Assembly (NCBI GenBank): GCA_011109175.1
Contig: RDEW01000014.1
Coordinates: 992,001 to 1,056,000 of the forward strand
Direction: 5' to 3'
DNA length: 64,000 nt
Origin: Dicyema japonicum
Taxonomy: Eukaryota > Animalia > Dicyemida
Part shown: piece after piece, positions 50,523 through 62,449 of the stretch
How the letters are laid out: each line of letters starts with the position of its first letter
Numbering within the stretch: position 1 is the first letter of the stretch
Notes under the pieces: model-generated
What the model saw: only the letters and a program-made list of their open reading frames with translations
Database searches by the model: none
Told to the model about the DNA's origin: nothing
Position numbers and translations under genes: made by a program

Positions 50523-51934
50523 CAGTTAACCCTCTCTATTGTGAACAAAATGTCCACGTAAAACACGATGTTCACTAATCTTCAATAGTGAACTAAAAAA
50601 ATAGATCAAGGAATCAAAATAACAATCAACAATAATAAAGTAATTATAAAAAAATTTTATAAGAAAACTAATTAACATCTAATTAAGAGTAAAAAAAGCT
50701 TAACATCTTCTTTTGGCTTCAGGATTGGTCATTTCCCAAGATCTTTTTCTTCCATCACTCGTCTCTGGCCCATTGTTCGATTTTTTCAAGCACGTTATCA
50801 GTCTCAGTGGGGATCATTTCATAGTCCTCCTGTTCCTCAGTTTTATCAGAAATATTGTGAGGACATGTATTCTCAGCTTCGTCATTAAATTTCCATTTTT
50901 CCGTCTCATGATCAGGAAAAAATAAATAATCTGGGAAATTTTCGTTATCTTGAATTTTAATTCCATGTTAATAGTCAACACACATGCTTTCAAGAGTTTT
51001 CTTTAGTGTAATGGTCTGTATATATGCTCTGACAGGGTATTTAATTTTAAGGGAATTAAAATAATGACTGTAATATTTGGTGACGATTCCATCCCAGGTT
51101 AAAACAACGGGGATAATTGTAACTTTCGCTTCGTGCAATAAAGCCAGTTCGCTTGCTAAAAGATCATACTTGTGGAATTTTTTAATTTCAACATTCTTCA
51201 AATTTTTCTGTGAAGTGATTCCAACTTCAATTAGTGTTATCTTTCTCCTTAATTTGTCCATTACGTCAACTCTAATCTCAACGGCTTCATTATCCACTAC
51301 AGATTGGACCGAATGGTTCTTCAATTTTTTCGACTGCTTGATTCCGAATTGGCGACACAGATGCAGATGAATACATTTTATTACTTCATTGTGTCTCTTC
51401 AAATAATCACTGTTAAGCATTCGTCCGCATCTGTTTGCCAGGTGATCAACTGATTTCTTTGCAGAGTGGCAGTTACTGCAACTTGCTCCACCAGTTTCAA
51501 AAAACAAATTACGGCCTTGAACCAAACACAATGTTCCTTATGAGTTGGAGAATTGTTCCCGTGCATTAACAATGTGGAGGATTCCGTAATCTGTATCTGT
51601 TTCTTGGAAGCATTCAAAGAGAGTTGAATACAAAGACTTCCTTTTTATTTGTTCCATTAGGTATTCATTTTGTAATCCTTGTATAATTTTAACATTTAGG
51701 CTCTCTGGTTGTTCAATGCTATATTTCCGAGTTAGGAATTCTACGATTGTGGCCATATGTGTTTTTTTTGATTTAATGACTCATATAATTCCTGCTCTTC
51801 TTGGGCACCAATAGGATTTTTTCTCCAGATCCCTGAGAAATTGAAAAAGCAATGACAATTACTAATTTATGTTGTGAATTGCATTAATATGTCATGTTCA
51901 CTATAGAGAGGGTTCATTATAGAGAGGTTGACTG
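50523..51934. mobile_element. Non-autonomous pogo/Tigger-like element with TIRs and TA TSD, carrying an R4-like insert
   Basis: Left TA|CAGTTAACCCTCTCTATTGTGAAC; right (reverse complement) TA|CAGTCAACCTCTCTATAATGAACCCTCTCTATAGTGAAC; acidic transposase-tail-like remnant at ~50700-50960 (-). Confidence 0.8.
50968..51845 (-). mobile_element. R4/Dong-like retrotransposon 3' fragment (CCHC + RLE)
   Basis: CSNC..SVDHLANRC..YLKRHNEV, LIEVGIT, KYDLLASEL, IIPVVLTWDGIVTKY. Confidence 0.85.
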
Positions 51935-53165
51935 TATAAATTCTGAATTTTTTAGTTCTCCCTTACCAAATCCTATGGTGAAGATTAAATTATAAAAACT
52001 CTTCTGCCGAAGAATGAAGTGATGTCCGCGACGGTAGGAAGTTTGATGAAAATGGAAGAGGGCGGACCTACTTCTCAACATCTCTTCTGAAGCGGAAGTC
52101 TATAATGTAATATTGGAAGATGGATTTGGTCGGCACAAGCAGATGTTTTCAATTGGGTTCCCTTCTTGGATTAATTAGTAATGACTGTTTGCGCCGGGTT
52201 TACTAAAGATTGTAAACCTGGGGTTAATAATAATAATTCTGAATCGAAACTCTTTCGTAGTATTCAAGTAGATCTTCCAAGACTAAGATGCTAACTTCAT
52301 CAGACTCTCTCCTAATATACGTTTTAATTTGGGCCTACAAAAAACATAATTTATCAAACATGCAACCTGCTGAGGAAACACCAGAGGGTTTTTTTTATAA
52401 TATCCCAGATTCTAGACCCTCAGCGTCTAGAGAATATGTGGGAGGATCCGTTAATAGTTGCTTAATGGAAAATTAAGAATTCTTGAAATTTGATTATATG
52501 TGAAAATTTTTAATATCCTTTTTGCATTTTCCCTCAATCCTCAAAACGATTATTTTCCTTTACTTATTTATGGATGAGAAGGGTGGTTTTTCACTCCGAG
52601 GAAAGAATGATCATTCTGCCACTAAAGAAATATAGGAGAATAGCTACTAAATTCGCACTCCAATTGAAACTTGATACAAACTGGGTATGGATATTAAAAA
52701 ACGGTTAGAGAGGCTATGGAGGAGAGGATTATGCTTTATTAGTTTTTAACTAAAAATACAATATATTGATTTTGATGCTGAAAAGTGGCTACCCTCATCT
52801 AAAGAAGAACCCTTACTGTAAGAATGCCTGTGGTCTGACTTCCTATGTTTAACTTACTGTAGATAAACCAGTTTGGAAGAGACCTCAACGAGGCTTTATA
52901 GGAAGACCGATGTTATCCGAAAAATCCCTCAACCATACCTAACTTAATTTTTTGTTAATAATAATTTCATTTTGGTAAATATGCTTTCTTATCAGATGAC
53001 GTAATTTTACACGAAATGTCTACTAAGTTTCATTATGAGTAAAATTCTTTGTCTTCTTTCTTCTCATAGATGAACTCCTGAGACATCGAAAATACGAAAT
53101 TCTGAACAAAAAAATTGTCAACGAACCCTGGTCCAAATGTCGTCTAGCCAAATTTGATTTGAAGA

Positions 53166-53560
53166 TCATTTATCGGAAGTTTCACATATAAGATGATAGT
53201 AAACATGATTCTCTAAAATATTTTGTTTTCCATGATAACTCGTGGAATTTAAAATTTTCATGATACTAATCGCTTCGAGTGGTATCACCATCAGATTAAA
53301 GGCCTCAATTTGATGGCAGATTGGTGAATCTATTAGACCACTGGGGGTGTAAGTAAATAACATGATGTATGAGAAATCAAGAAGTGATGATACTAATATT
53401 AGCAATAACCACAGGAAGATGGTAATTATTATATTACAAATCGTTGTCAAAGTTCTAAAATCCACAGTCTGAATTTTATTTCGTAACTCATATCAAATCC
53501 TTCCTTCCTCACTAAACCTACAAAGGTTGTAGAAGCAAAAACAATGGATAGATCCATTAA
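53166..53560 (-). pseudogene. Possible membrane-protein (GPCR-like) fragment
   Basis: Hydrophobic ORF with LLDFSYIMLF..ICHQIEAF; truncated by repeat sequence. Confidence 0.25.
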
Positions 53561-53780
53561 ACGTTCTTTAAAATGCTGTGACTAGATTTACAATCTTCTA
53601 CCAATTTGACCATTAAACCAAGTGGTTTTTTTCCCTACAGCACTTAAATGTCATTAAATATTAATTTTATCAATGAGATAATATTATGGTGAACTAAATA
53701 TCAATTTTAATTATTTACCTATAATTTTTTTATTTATTTTAATTTAATTACACGTTTATAAGTGTCTGCGGTTGTGAGAT

Positions 53781-54436
53781 ATGCCAAAGAATAAAGGTTA
53801 GTAGAGTTGGCCATAATTATATCCAGGAAAGGGAGGAAAAAATAGAAAAAGAGGGAAGAACAAGGTAGATGACTTTATTAGAGAACTTGTCCTTAGCAAA
53901 GAAGGCGAAACGGGTACATAAGGAAACTAATTTCAACAGAATATGGCTTCGTGCAAGACTTGTTGGGGAATTGTCGACTAAGAGTACTCTGTGGTGACGG
54001 AAGAATTCGGTTGTGCTATATTCGCGGAGGAATGCGGAAAAAGGTTCCAAATGTTTTTCTTATGGAAGGTGTGGGTCATCAAATATGACATCGTATTGGT
54101 GGGGATCAGAGAATTCCAAAATGACGTTGGCGATATTATCCTTAAATACACCAACGATGAAATCCAAGAGCTCAGGAGACGGAATTTGATCCCTGAAGAA
54201 TGTAATCGCATTTTTGTATGCTTAGTTGCTACGGAGACTCAGGCGATCACAGAAGACGACACCGTTAAGTTCTTGAGGGAGGATGACGAAGAGAATGGTC
54301 AGTCGGAAGAGGAGTCAGACGAGTATAGTTCTAATGACGAATACTACGAGGTTAAATGTTTGGTTAATAGAATTAGTCTGAAATTGAAGAAGAAAATAAT
54401 GCAGTTAGCTATAATTATTATGGTGATGATGATTAG
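53781..54436 (+). CDS. EIF1A: Translation initiation factor eIF1A, 5 introns
   Basis: MPKNKG|KGGKNRKRGKN..RELV..EYGFV..LLGNCRL..IRGGMRKK|VWV..DIVLVGIREFQ..DIILKY. Introns 53797-53826, 53914-53939, 54044-54068, 54202-54225, 54351-54376. Confidence 0.95.
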
Positions 54437-55589
54437 TTCGACTTTTCTTATCACTTTTTTGTTTCTTTGTTTCTATATTTTAGTTGTTTTTAGCGTTCAA
54501 TTATTAGACAATTGATAATCAAGTTGATACACATGTTTCAGGAGACTCCCAATAACTGGTCGGCATCCTAGAAGCATTTATCTTCTCCTACTCCATGGTA
54601 GGATGAATATATTGAATATCTGAACAAAAGAAGTGTGGGTGCACAATGTTTTTGGGTTTGAATATAATTCGTTTTTTGGGGGAACTTGATCAGTCAGGTA
54701 AGTTTTTCACAGGTAGGAAGGTTGAGGAAACAACGTACCTTTATTGCACGAAATGTCTACTTAACTTCATAATGAGAAAGCCCATGCGTCCTTATTCTTT
54801 TTAGCATTGGGGAGATGACGGACTTGGGAGACGTCAGAAACCCCAAGTTATGAACAATAGAAAGAAGTGTCGGATGTATGAAGTATCGAGGTTTGAATTC
54901 TGTCCAATCAAAAATGTAATCTTCACTCAACGACTCGATGTTCAGAATTAGCGCATCCTCCTTTTAAAATGAAATAATATATAAATCTCGTATTTGCCGA
55001 TATTTTTCATAATCTTCTAACACGTTTCTATCTTTTTGTATTCTATCTTTTTGTATGGCAATTAGCACAACTTTATCGGATTTTTGAAAAATGTTTTTAT
55101 TATTATTAGCGCATCATTTTAGGCACTCAGAAAGGTTGAGAGACACTACTTTTTAAAGGAATCATTGCGTTCTGTGTTCGTTCATTTATTAAAATGCGTC
55201 ATCCGACTTATAATTTTGAAGAAATCTCTCTGCCGAGATGGAGCAAAACTACAAGTCAGTTGGATGGATGCCACATCTGCTGTGATGACGGGGATCTCGA
55301 CAAAAAACTACATGTCAGTTGGATAAGCATTAAATAACTCGCTTTTTAGTATAGCAAACCATTATCATCAAAATGGAACCTTTATTGTGGATCAATGGAT
55401 ATAAGGCTACTAACGAGGCACACAAATTTTCTGAGTCTTCTCCAAAAAAAGAGGAAATCAACCAAGACAAAACAATCTAAATCACTAAACCCCTATATAC
55501 CCATAAATACTAATCCACCAACAAAAAAATTAGGAAAGTCAAAAAAATGAAAGCCAAATTAATATGTTAGTAATACAGTATTGAGTGAA

Positions 55590-56644
55590 TCACCTTCTTC
55601 TGCTAGAACCAGCAGACATTATGGACAGAATCCTTACAAACAGGTTAATAGCATCAATATAGATTGACATTGACCTACAAATAACAGCCACAACAACATA
55701 TTAATCGGATCGAACTTCATGTACGGATTCTCCGCCATTTTCACAACTCTTTGAGTATCATACAACAACATCAGAGAAAAAAGAACAACTCCTCCGTACA
55801 AAGATACTGACGTAAGCCAGGATCCGGCAACCGTAGTCATTGGGACAAAAAAGCGCGCTAAAAATTCACAAAAACTGACAAACCAACATCAGAGGCAATC
55901 AATAAACCAAATCCAACTGCAAGAGCTCCCCCATATTTCAGAAAATGCTCATTCGGGGAGTAACAGGCCAGCAAGGATAGTGATCCCGCTACTCCAGCTG
56001 TCATGAGTCCGGCCTTAATGGCAAGTTGAGGACCGAGGAAGAAGACCATAGGACTCAGAAAGGCTCCCACGATGGCAAGGTGACTCAGCCAAGCTAACTG
56101 CTTAGAGCCAAGCCCGTCCGTGTAAGGCAGGGAGTTTACCACACTCCCACTCCCAATTAAAGCAGCAAGAGAAACTCCTAAGGTCTACGTGAATCAATTT
56201 GATTTACAAGAAGAGGTCGAGCCACCACAAAGTTATGATAAGCGGGAAATCTGAGCATAAAAGCGGCAGAAAGTCCGGTAAAAAGAACAGCAAGTCCAAA
56301 ATGAGAGTAGGTTGATTGGATTCTCTCCCGCACATATTGAGGCCATAGTAGCATTCGGTCAGAAATACTAGCCTGTGAAGAAAGACCAGAGCCGTAGTAG
56401 CAGAGGGCTCCGATACCGAAAAAAGATGCGCCAATGACAAATCCTCGCCCTTCAAATAAATTGAATGTGCTTTACCCGTTATGTTGGCAGAGTCCCCAGC
56501 AGGAGCTTTAAGGGAGGAAAATATGCTTGTCTTCTTTTTAGTAGTTTGCGATAATCTTCCAGCTGTTCTTGTCTTTGCTAAATTTCTTATGCTATTCTGT
56601 GAAAGAAGGCGGGTATATAACTTTAGCTGAGAAGCAAACAACAT
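55590..56644 (-). CDS. GHITM: GHITM/TMBIM5 (BI-1 family, mitochondrial), 4 introns (26, 23, 25, 23 nt)
   Basis: Basic N-terminal presequence, GIGALCYYG, WPQYVRERIQSTY, KQLAWL.H, LYGGVVLFS..LYDTQRVV, FDPIN, IYIDAINLFVRI. Confidence 0.93.
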
Positions 56645-57059
56645 AACAAGAATAAATAGTTAATTAAAATAATATTAAAATAATAAATATATTTTTAACA
56701 TTAACTATTATTTGAGAGGACTAAGAAGTAGCTTATTTATTATTTTTTCACTTATAGGGTAAACCTGCTTGTTTACGATGTGGGAAACGCCCATCTGTTC
56801 CTTTTGTAACTGTTCCTAGTTGACAGCAAACCACCTTCTTGAATATCCTGAATTAGTACAATGTTCTTCTACAATGCCAAGACTTTCAGATCTATGGGAG
56901 CGGCGAGCATTTGCTGCATCCTACTTAATAGTCGCCTGGTCTTCTACAAGATAGTGAGGCTGGGGTTACATAACTAAACTAACTAGGGTTACCCGACATT
57001 AGCGTCACTTTCCAACTAAATAACAGATAAATTTTTTAAGGGTACAAAAAAACAAAAAT

Positions 57060-57300
57060 TTTTCTGTAGCCAACGGTTATAGAAAATTTTATTGAACATT
57101 TCGATCCAATAATCTCATTTTCATCTACCCAACACTTAACATGTCATTTTTGTTCTTTGGTAAGTTAGTCCGTGGATAAAATGTTCTTTTTAATTTCATG
57201 AGTTTTAAGAACTTTTTTCCAAAAAAATATACTGCGTTATTGATTAGAAAAGTGACGCCATTGGTCGCTAAAGTTACGTTAATGGTCGAGGAGCCCTATA
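57060..57300 (-). mobile_element. hAT transposase C-terminal relic
   Basis: Decayed F..MKLKRTFYPRTNL resembling the hAT dimerisation region. Confidence 0.35.
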
Positions 57301-58639
57301 ATAATTTATTTTAAAATTCAACTCACTCAGGAGGGAAATCATGCGTCTTCCACCATTACACCAAAGAAAACACTTGCTACTTTCATTTCAGAGAGTCGAC
57401 CAAAAGAAATGGCCCTGAATTTTTGCAAGGAACCAGAAATTCACTTGGAGAAAAAGTTATCCATGCGGAGGATCAGTTTTGAAGAAAGACGCTCAGATCG
57501 AGTTTTTTTACAGAAATTCTAGGAGACACATCATGGAGATGGCGGGATTACTGGTGGACCGTTCAAGTATAGTGCAGGGATTATTAGAAACTGGGATCAC
57601 TTAATTAGTTGGCTTTAGCACTTTCTAGGTGTTCTTTGAGTTCTTAAAAATATTAATAATCCAAAATAAGCCAACATTAAGAAAAATGGGGTCATAGGGT
57701 GAATCCTCCCTCTCTTGATTAGAGATCTCCTGCTTAGATACTACAAAGGCTGATCCTAAAGTTAGAAGAGATCGTAATTATGATTTTTATATTAACATTT
57801 AAATGAGATTTAGGGGCTTAATTCGAGGTTAGGGACCAGAAGGGAAGGTTTCCAAGATGATTTTTTGGGAAACTACTGTTAAACGATATTCTTGAGATCA
57901 ACTTGATACATAGAAGCTCCCTACCGTCACGGACATCATTTCATACCTTGGCGGAATAGTTTTCATAATAATCTTTACCAGATAAGATGGGCAGAGAGAA
58001 GGTAGGAAGATCCCTTTCAACTACTGTGTCGTGCAAAAAGGACTCGTCGCCTCACAAGTAGGATCTCTTTGACAAAAATTGACCTTTGCTCCATCTTTCA
58101 AATTCGAACCCAAGACCTTCAGTTCCGATTTCATCAGACGTTACGTTTAGCCAGAAGGCTGCGAGCAAGAGCATGGCTCAATTATTGATAGATTATTTAA
58201 TTTATTTTTTAAAAATTGTTTACAATATGACGAACCTTTTAGTTCATTAGTACGTTATTCGGCGTGTGATTTCCACGTTGTTGTGGTTGCTTATTTTCTT
58301 TTTCTGTTGTATTGTCATATATTTTTCGTGTATATTATTGGATCATCAAATAGTATTGAAGGCTGTTACAAAATGTTTAATGTATGTATATTTTGGTAAC
58401 CTATAAAAATGGATTATTCTCTACTATTTGATTTTTCTATATTTTTATTGCATAATTTTTCTACTGAAACATAATAGAATGGAGAGACGTATTTTTATGG
58501 CTGTTGCAATTTATTTCCCTAAAAATGTATGAACATTTGCATTTTCATCAAAATTGAAGATGATTTCAGTAACATATTGTGTTTATTCTTTAATTATTAT
58601 TATAGGCAACCATCGTAGAAACATATTGTTATATTTCCA

Positions 58640-59000
58640 TACGTGCGGCACTTAAAGCATTTTTTGATCCATTCTCACCTGTTACACAGCAAACTTCTCA
58701 TAGCATCCAGATCCTCTCACTTACGAGCCTCCGGTTGATTGCCTTGAGATCCTCATCCAGCACCCCCGGTAGCGTAGTACGCGGGCGTCCCCTGTTATTT
58801 CTTTCACTTGCAGCGAAATTTTCCTCCATTGCCAAATTTGCAGATGATGTGGGGTCCATCCGTAGGACGTGTCCAAACAGTTTCTATCGGGCCACCACCA
58901 CATCCCAAGTCACAGGTCGTTTTGAGCACTTTCGGTATAGCCACAATATCTCCGCAGATCATTAATTTGCACATTTGGAGTCACCTGGATCGATAGAACG
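58640..59000 (-). mobile_element. RTE 3' fragment
   Basis: LFGHVLR..TP..LAM..RGRPRTTLPGVLDEDL. Confidence 0.75.
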
Positions 59001-59079
59001 TACTTCAAATAACTGAAATGTCTTGAGCAGGTTTCCCTGATTCTCATATTTAGATTCGTATTTTTGGACTGTCCAAGAT

Positions 59080-59230
59080 TGTTTGATCGCAATTGGAAAA
59101 TAGTCAAATTTTAACAATTCAGACTTTAAATGGTTCTGCAAATTCAAAATCATTTCATTAATGTTTTCGGCTACAGTGTTTCTGGGTAATGAAATATTGT
59201 TAAACAACTGGGCTTTGTCTGACAAATAAT
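59080..59230 (-). mobile_element. hAT (SPIN/Buster, GTF2IRD2-like) transposase fragment
   Basis: FNNISLPRNTVAENINEMILNLQNHLK..FDYFPIAI. Confidence 0.65.
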
Positions 59231-59984
59231 TTTTGCTGTTTTACAAGTGGGCGTTGTCTGACAAATAAATTCTGTGTTGTAAAGAATGTTTATTTTTGCT
59301 GTTGCGGACAGAAACGTTATCAAAATGGGTCCCGATGCTACCAGCGGGAAAGGCACACAAAGTGTTTCAAAAACCTAGATTCTGTCAAAAATTAACACCA
59401 ATATTTAATAATTTAATTAATGCAAGAAAGTCTTAAAAATCATTATTTATTGAAAAATAATCATTAATTCTATTTCCATATCCTTAGTTTTCCATCAAAC
59501 TACTGAATAAATTTTGTCTGAAGCAGTAAAAATCCTTTAACGAACTTGGACCAATATCTAGAACTGGTTCTTCCAATTCATTATTTTTTACAACTTCTTC
59601 GATCATCGTATTTTTATTTTGCACAACATTATAAAAAATTCATTATTATCGCTGCTTTCCGGACTTTGCAAAACTTCGTCCATTCGATGCTTTACAGCTT
59701 GTAAAGTTCAATTTAGTTGCAATTTTCATACCTCAAGATGCAAGAAAAAGCAAAATTACCAATTTTTTAATAAAAGGACCAGAAACTGGAATATTTTGGA
59801 GTCGTAATTGTTGAAACTATCCAAAGTTTTAAAAATATCGTCAGTTTTTGTTTGAGATCGAAAATTTGAAATAATGTTTCCATGGGTTATGTACGGCATA
59901 ATCGTTTTTTTATTCGACCTATTGTGCCAATGCTCGTTTATTATATTTCCGAGCAAGTTTTATTTTTATTTATTTTAATAACCC

Positions 59985-60650
59985 CGGGAACACCGAGAAA
60001 GAAAGACAAAAGAGTCAAACAGTTCGGTGATCCCAGTCCCCGCAATCAATTGTGCCATTCGACGTCTGTGATCTTCGATTGTCCCCACTACTTCCCGGAA
60101 GAGCCTTCTCTCGGTCTTGCAGAGGAATCGGGGAGGGGAATTTCCTATCCAATCGGTTTTCTCTTGTCATGGAAGTGATCAGGCGAAGCGGGTTTCCATC
60201 TTCCTCACAGACGCGAAGAAATCCGGAACCACGACTACGGGTTTTAGCTTCCATGAGTAGTAGGTCGACTGTTGATCCATTTGTTGGCAAAGCATACTGA
60301 TGGTTTTCTGGTGTATTGAGTTGACTCTGTGGACCATAGTCTCCGATAGCGCGAATCTTCATGGAACGGAGGCATACTCAACGGCTAGCGCGATTGTTTG
60401 TTGGTAGAAACAGAAAAGTCCGTATTCCTCGGGGTCCTCCGGGCAAGGACCTTAATTTTCTGGAGGCCCCTGGTAATCATGTCTTTTTGCGTGGGAGTTA
60501 ATATTGAGTAGACTGTCGTACTTGACTCCAAGGACAGTGGGGGACCTTGTCACTGGAATCCGAGTGGATCAATAAAGATACTCGGTTCATCTCTAGAACG
60601 ACGGTCCGAAGTGAAGATGGTACAAATATACTTTCTCGTAACTAAGGGCA
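59985..60650 (-). mobile_element. LINE RT thumb/3' fragment
   Basis: FYQQTIALAVEYASVP*; a homologous tail occurs at ~24320-24420. Confidence 0.6.
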
Positions 60651-62449
60651 AATACTCTGTGTGAATGATTTTTCAGGAGTATTCGAGCAATTTTAACTTT
60701 TTTCGTAACTAAGACTCATAATGATTTGGTGTGGAGTTTTTTTATTTAAAAATAATTCATTTTTTTCATGACTAGAAATAAAAAATAGTAGTAAATTCAG
60801 TTTCATATCGAGGTCGGACTGTAGCTAGCAGTTTCGTTTTTTTCTTAGTTTTTGATATGCTGATTGTCCAATGTAAATAGAAGTTGCTGTATGCGAATCA
60901 TGAGTTGTTGGCAAGAATTGGCATCTTCTTGGAATATGGCTGGTATGTAATTTGAACTGATTTATTAAACAATCTTAAGTCACGAAGGAATCGATGCCAC
61001 TTTCAATGTGTCACACTCCTCGTTTATGAAATTCCTTTTTGTTGAGCATCAAGGATGGCTTATAATGTGTCTTTCGTTTGAGTCCATTTAATTTTGCATT
61101 AATACTCCCCCTCATGGACACTGGACCGCTAAAGTGACGGAACAAGTTTTACAGATGACTTTTAAGCCCCATATTATTAATTAATTCTGAATGCCAATAA
61201 AGTTACCACCACGTGGACCCAGTTCTTACGATTACATTTACAGAGTGACAATGGCTTCCTGCACACAAGTCCATTTATAATCATCGTGGTGGGGATCCTT
61301 CCAATACAATCTCAAATGTAATGGGGGAGTACAAATCATTTTTTGATGCAGTCCTTGCACTGGGTACTTTCTAAAACAGATGATACTTATTTAACCATGA
61401 AAACTGTTGCCGATCAATCCTTGAGATGCCATTTGGTAGAAGTTACCGATCTTAAAAACAATCACTTCACTTCTAGCACCAAGAAAGTTGACGAACCAGA
61501 ATCTATGGCTTTCAGGGATATCTGACTGAATATTTTTCAAGTTAAGTTTTTCTGAATCAAACGCTTTATGAATATATACTGAACAGAGGACAGTCTTTAT
61601 ACGCCTTAATTTATTTTAGAATTCAGTACGGACAAAATTTGTCAATGGTTAAATGGATGGAAGAAAAGCGTTCAGTTTTGAATACGCAAAAAATACATAT
61701 CGGTACAACATTCTTAATTTTTGCAGAGACTAATATTTTTGTCATTATACTAGTAACTAAAAGATTCGCCTGAATGAAGCTGGATTGTTCTTGTTTCTCC
61801 CAGGTTAGAATTGTTCGTATATGAGAAAGTTTCCATATTGTGGGTATTATGTTTTGCTAATATGTTGAATAACCAGGTTAGGGCTTTAATACTTAATAGT
61901 CTCAGATTTTTAAGTAATATGATTGGAATCCCCCACGTTCAAAAGGAAATGTTGAATGAATTTTTTCAATACTTTCACTACGTCAATTTTTTATAATAAT
62001 GTTGATTCTGGCGCTATCTCAAGTTTTATTTAAGCGAATGAAAGGACGGAAGACGTTTGGTGATTTAAACATGGAATTTTACATTTTAGGGGATCTTGAC
62101 CTACCTCAAATCTAGGGAAATTTTTTCCATAAAATGCCATTTTTTCAGTGAAGGGTCATTTTTTTATTAATGAGTTAAATTATATAATTTTTTAATGTTT
62201 TACTTTTTTTAATTTAAAAACCAAGAATCACCGACAAAAACAAAGGAAGGTAGAGGCCATCAGGTGACCCCGGTCTCCTTGAGCAGCCGCCTCATCTTTC
62301 CTCGGTGTTTCTTCCGAGTGCCGACGCACTTCCTGTATGGACGAATCACTTTTCGGAAGTTTAGAGGTTTTGGCTGAGCTCCCGTTCTCCCTACGAGTTC
62401 CTTGAACGGGGTTGGTTTTAATGACGAGGATGAGGATCTTTGTAGGGTT

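Noticed and set aside
24801-56644. Stop-codon reassignment as the explanation for fragmented ORFs
   Set aside because: Micro-introns explain the breaks, and intact genes end in TGA (SARM1, GHITM), TAG (eIF1A) and TAA (RPS10).
59420-59960. IMPYITHGN resembling a tyrosine-kinase hinge
   Set aside because: No HRD, DFG or other kinase motifs nearby; too weak to call.
60410-60475. Possible pseudoknot (GGGGCCTCC/GGAGGACCCC) on the minus strand
   Set aside because: Lies inside RT-coding remnant sequence, single copy, no covariation support.
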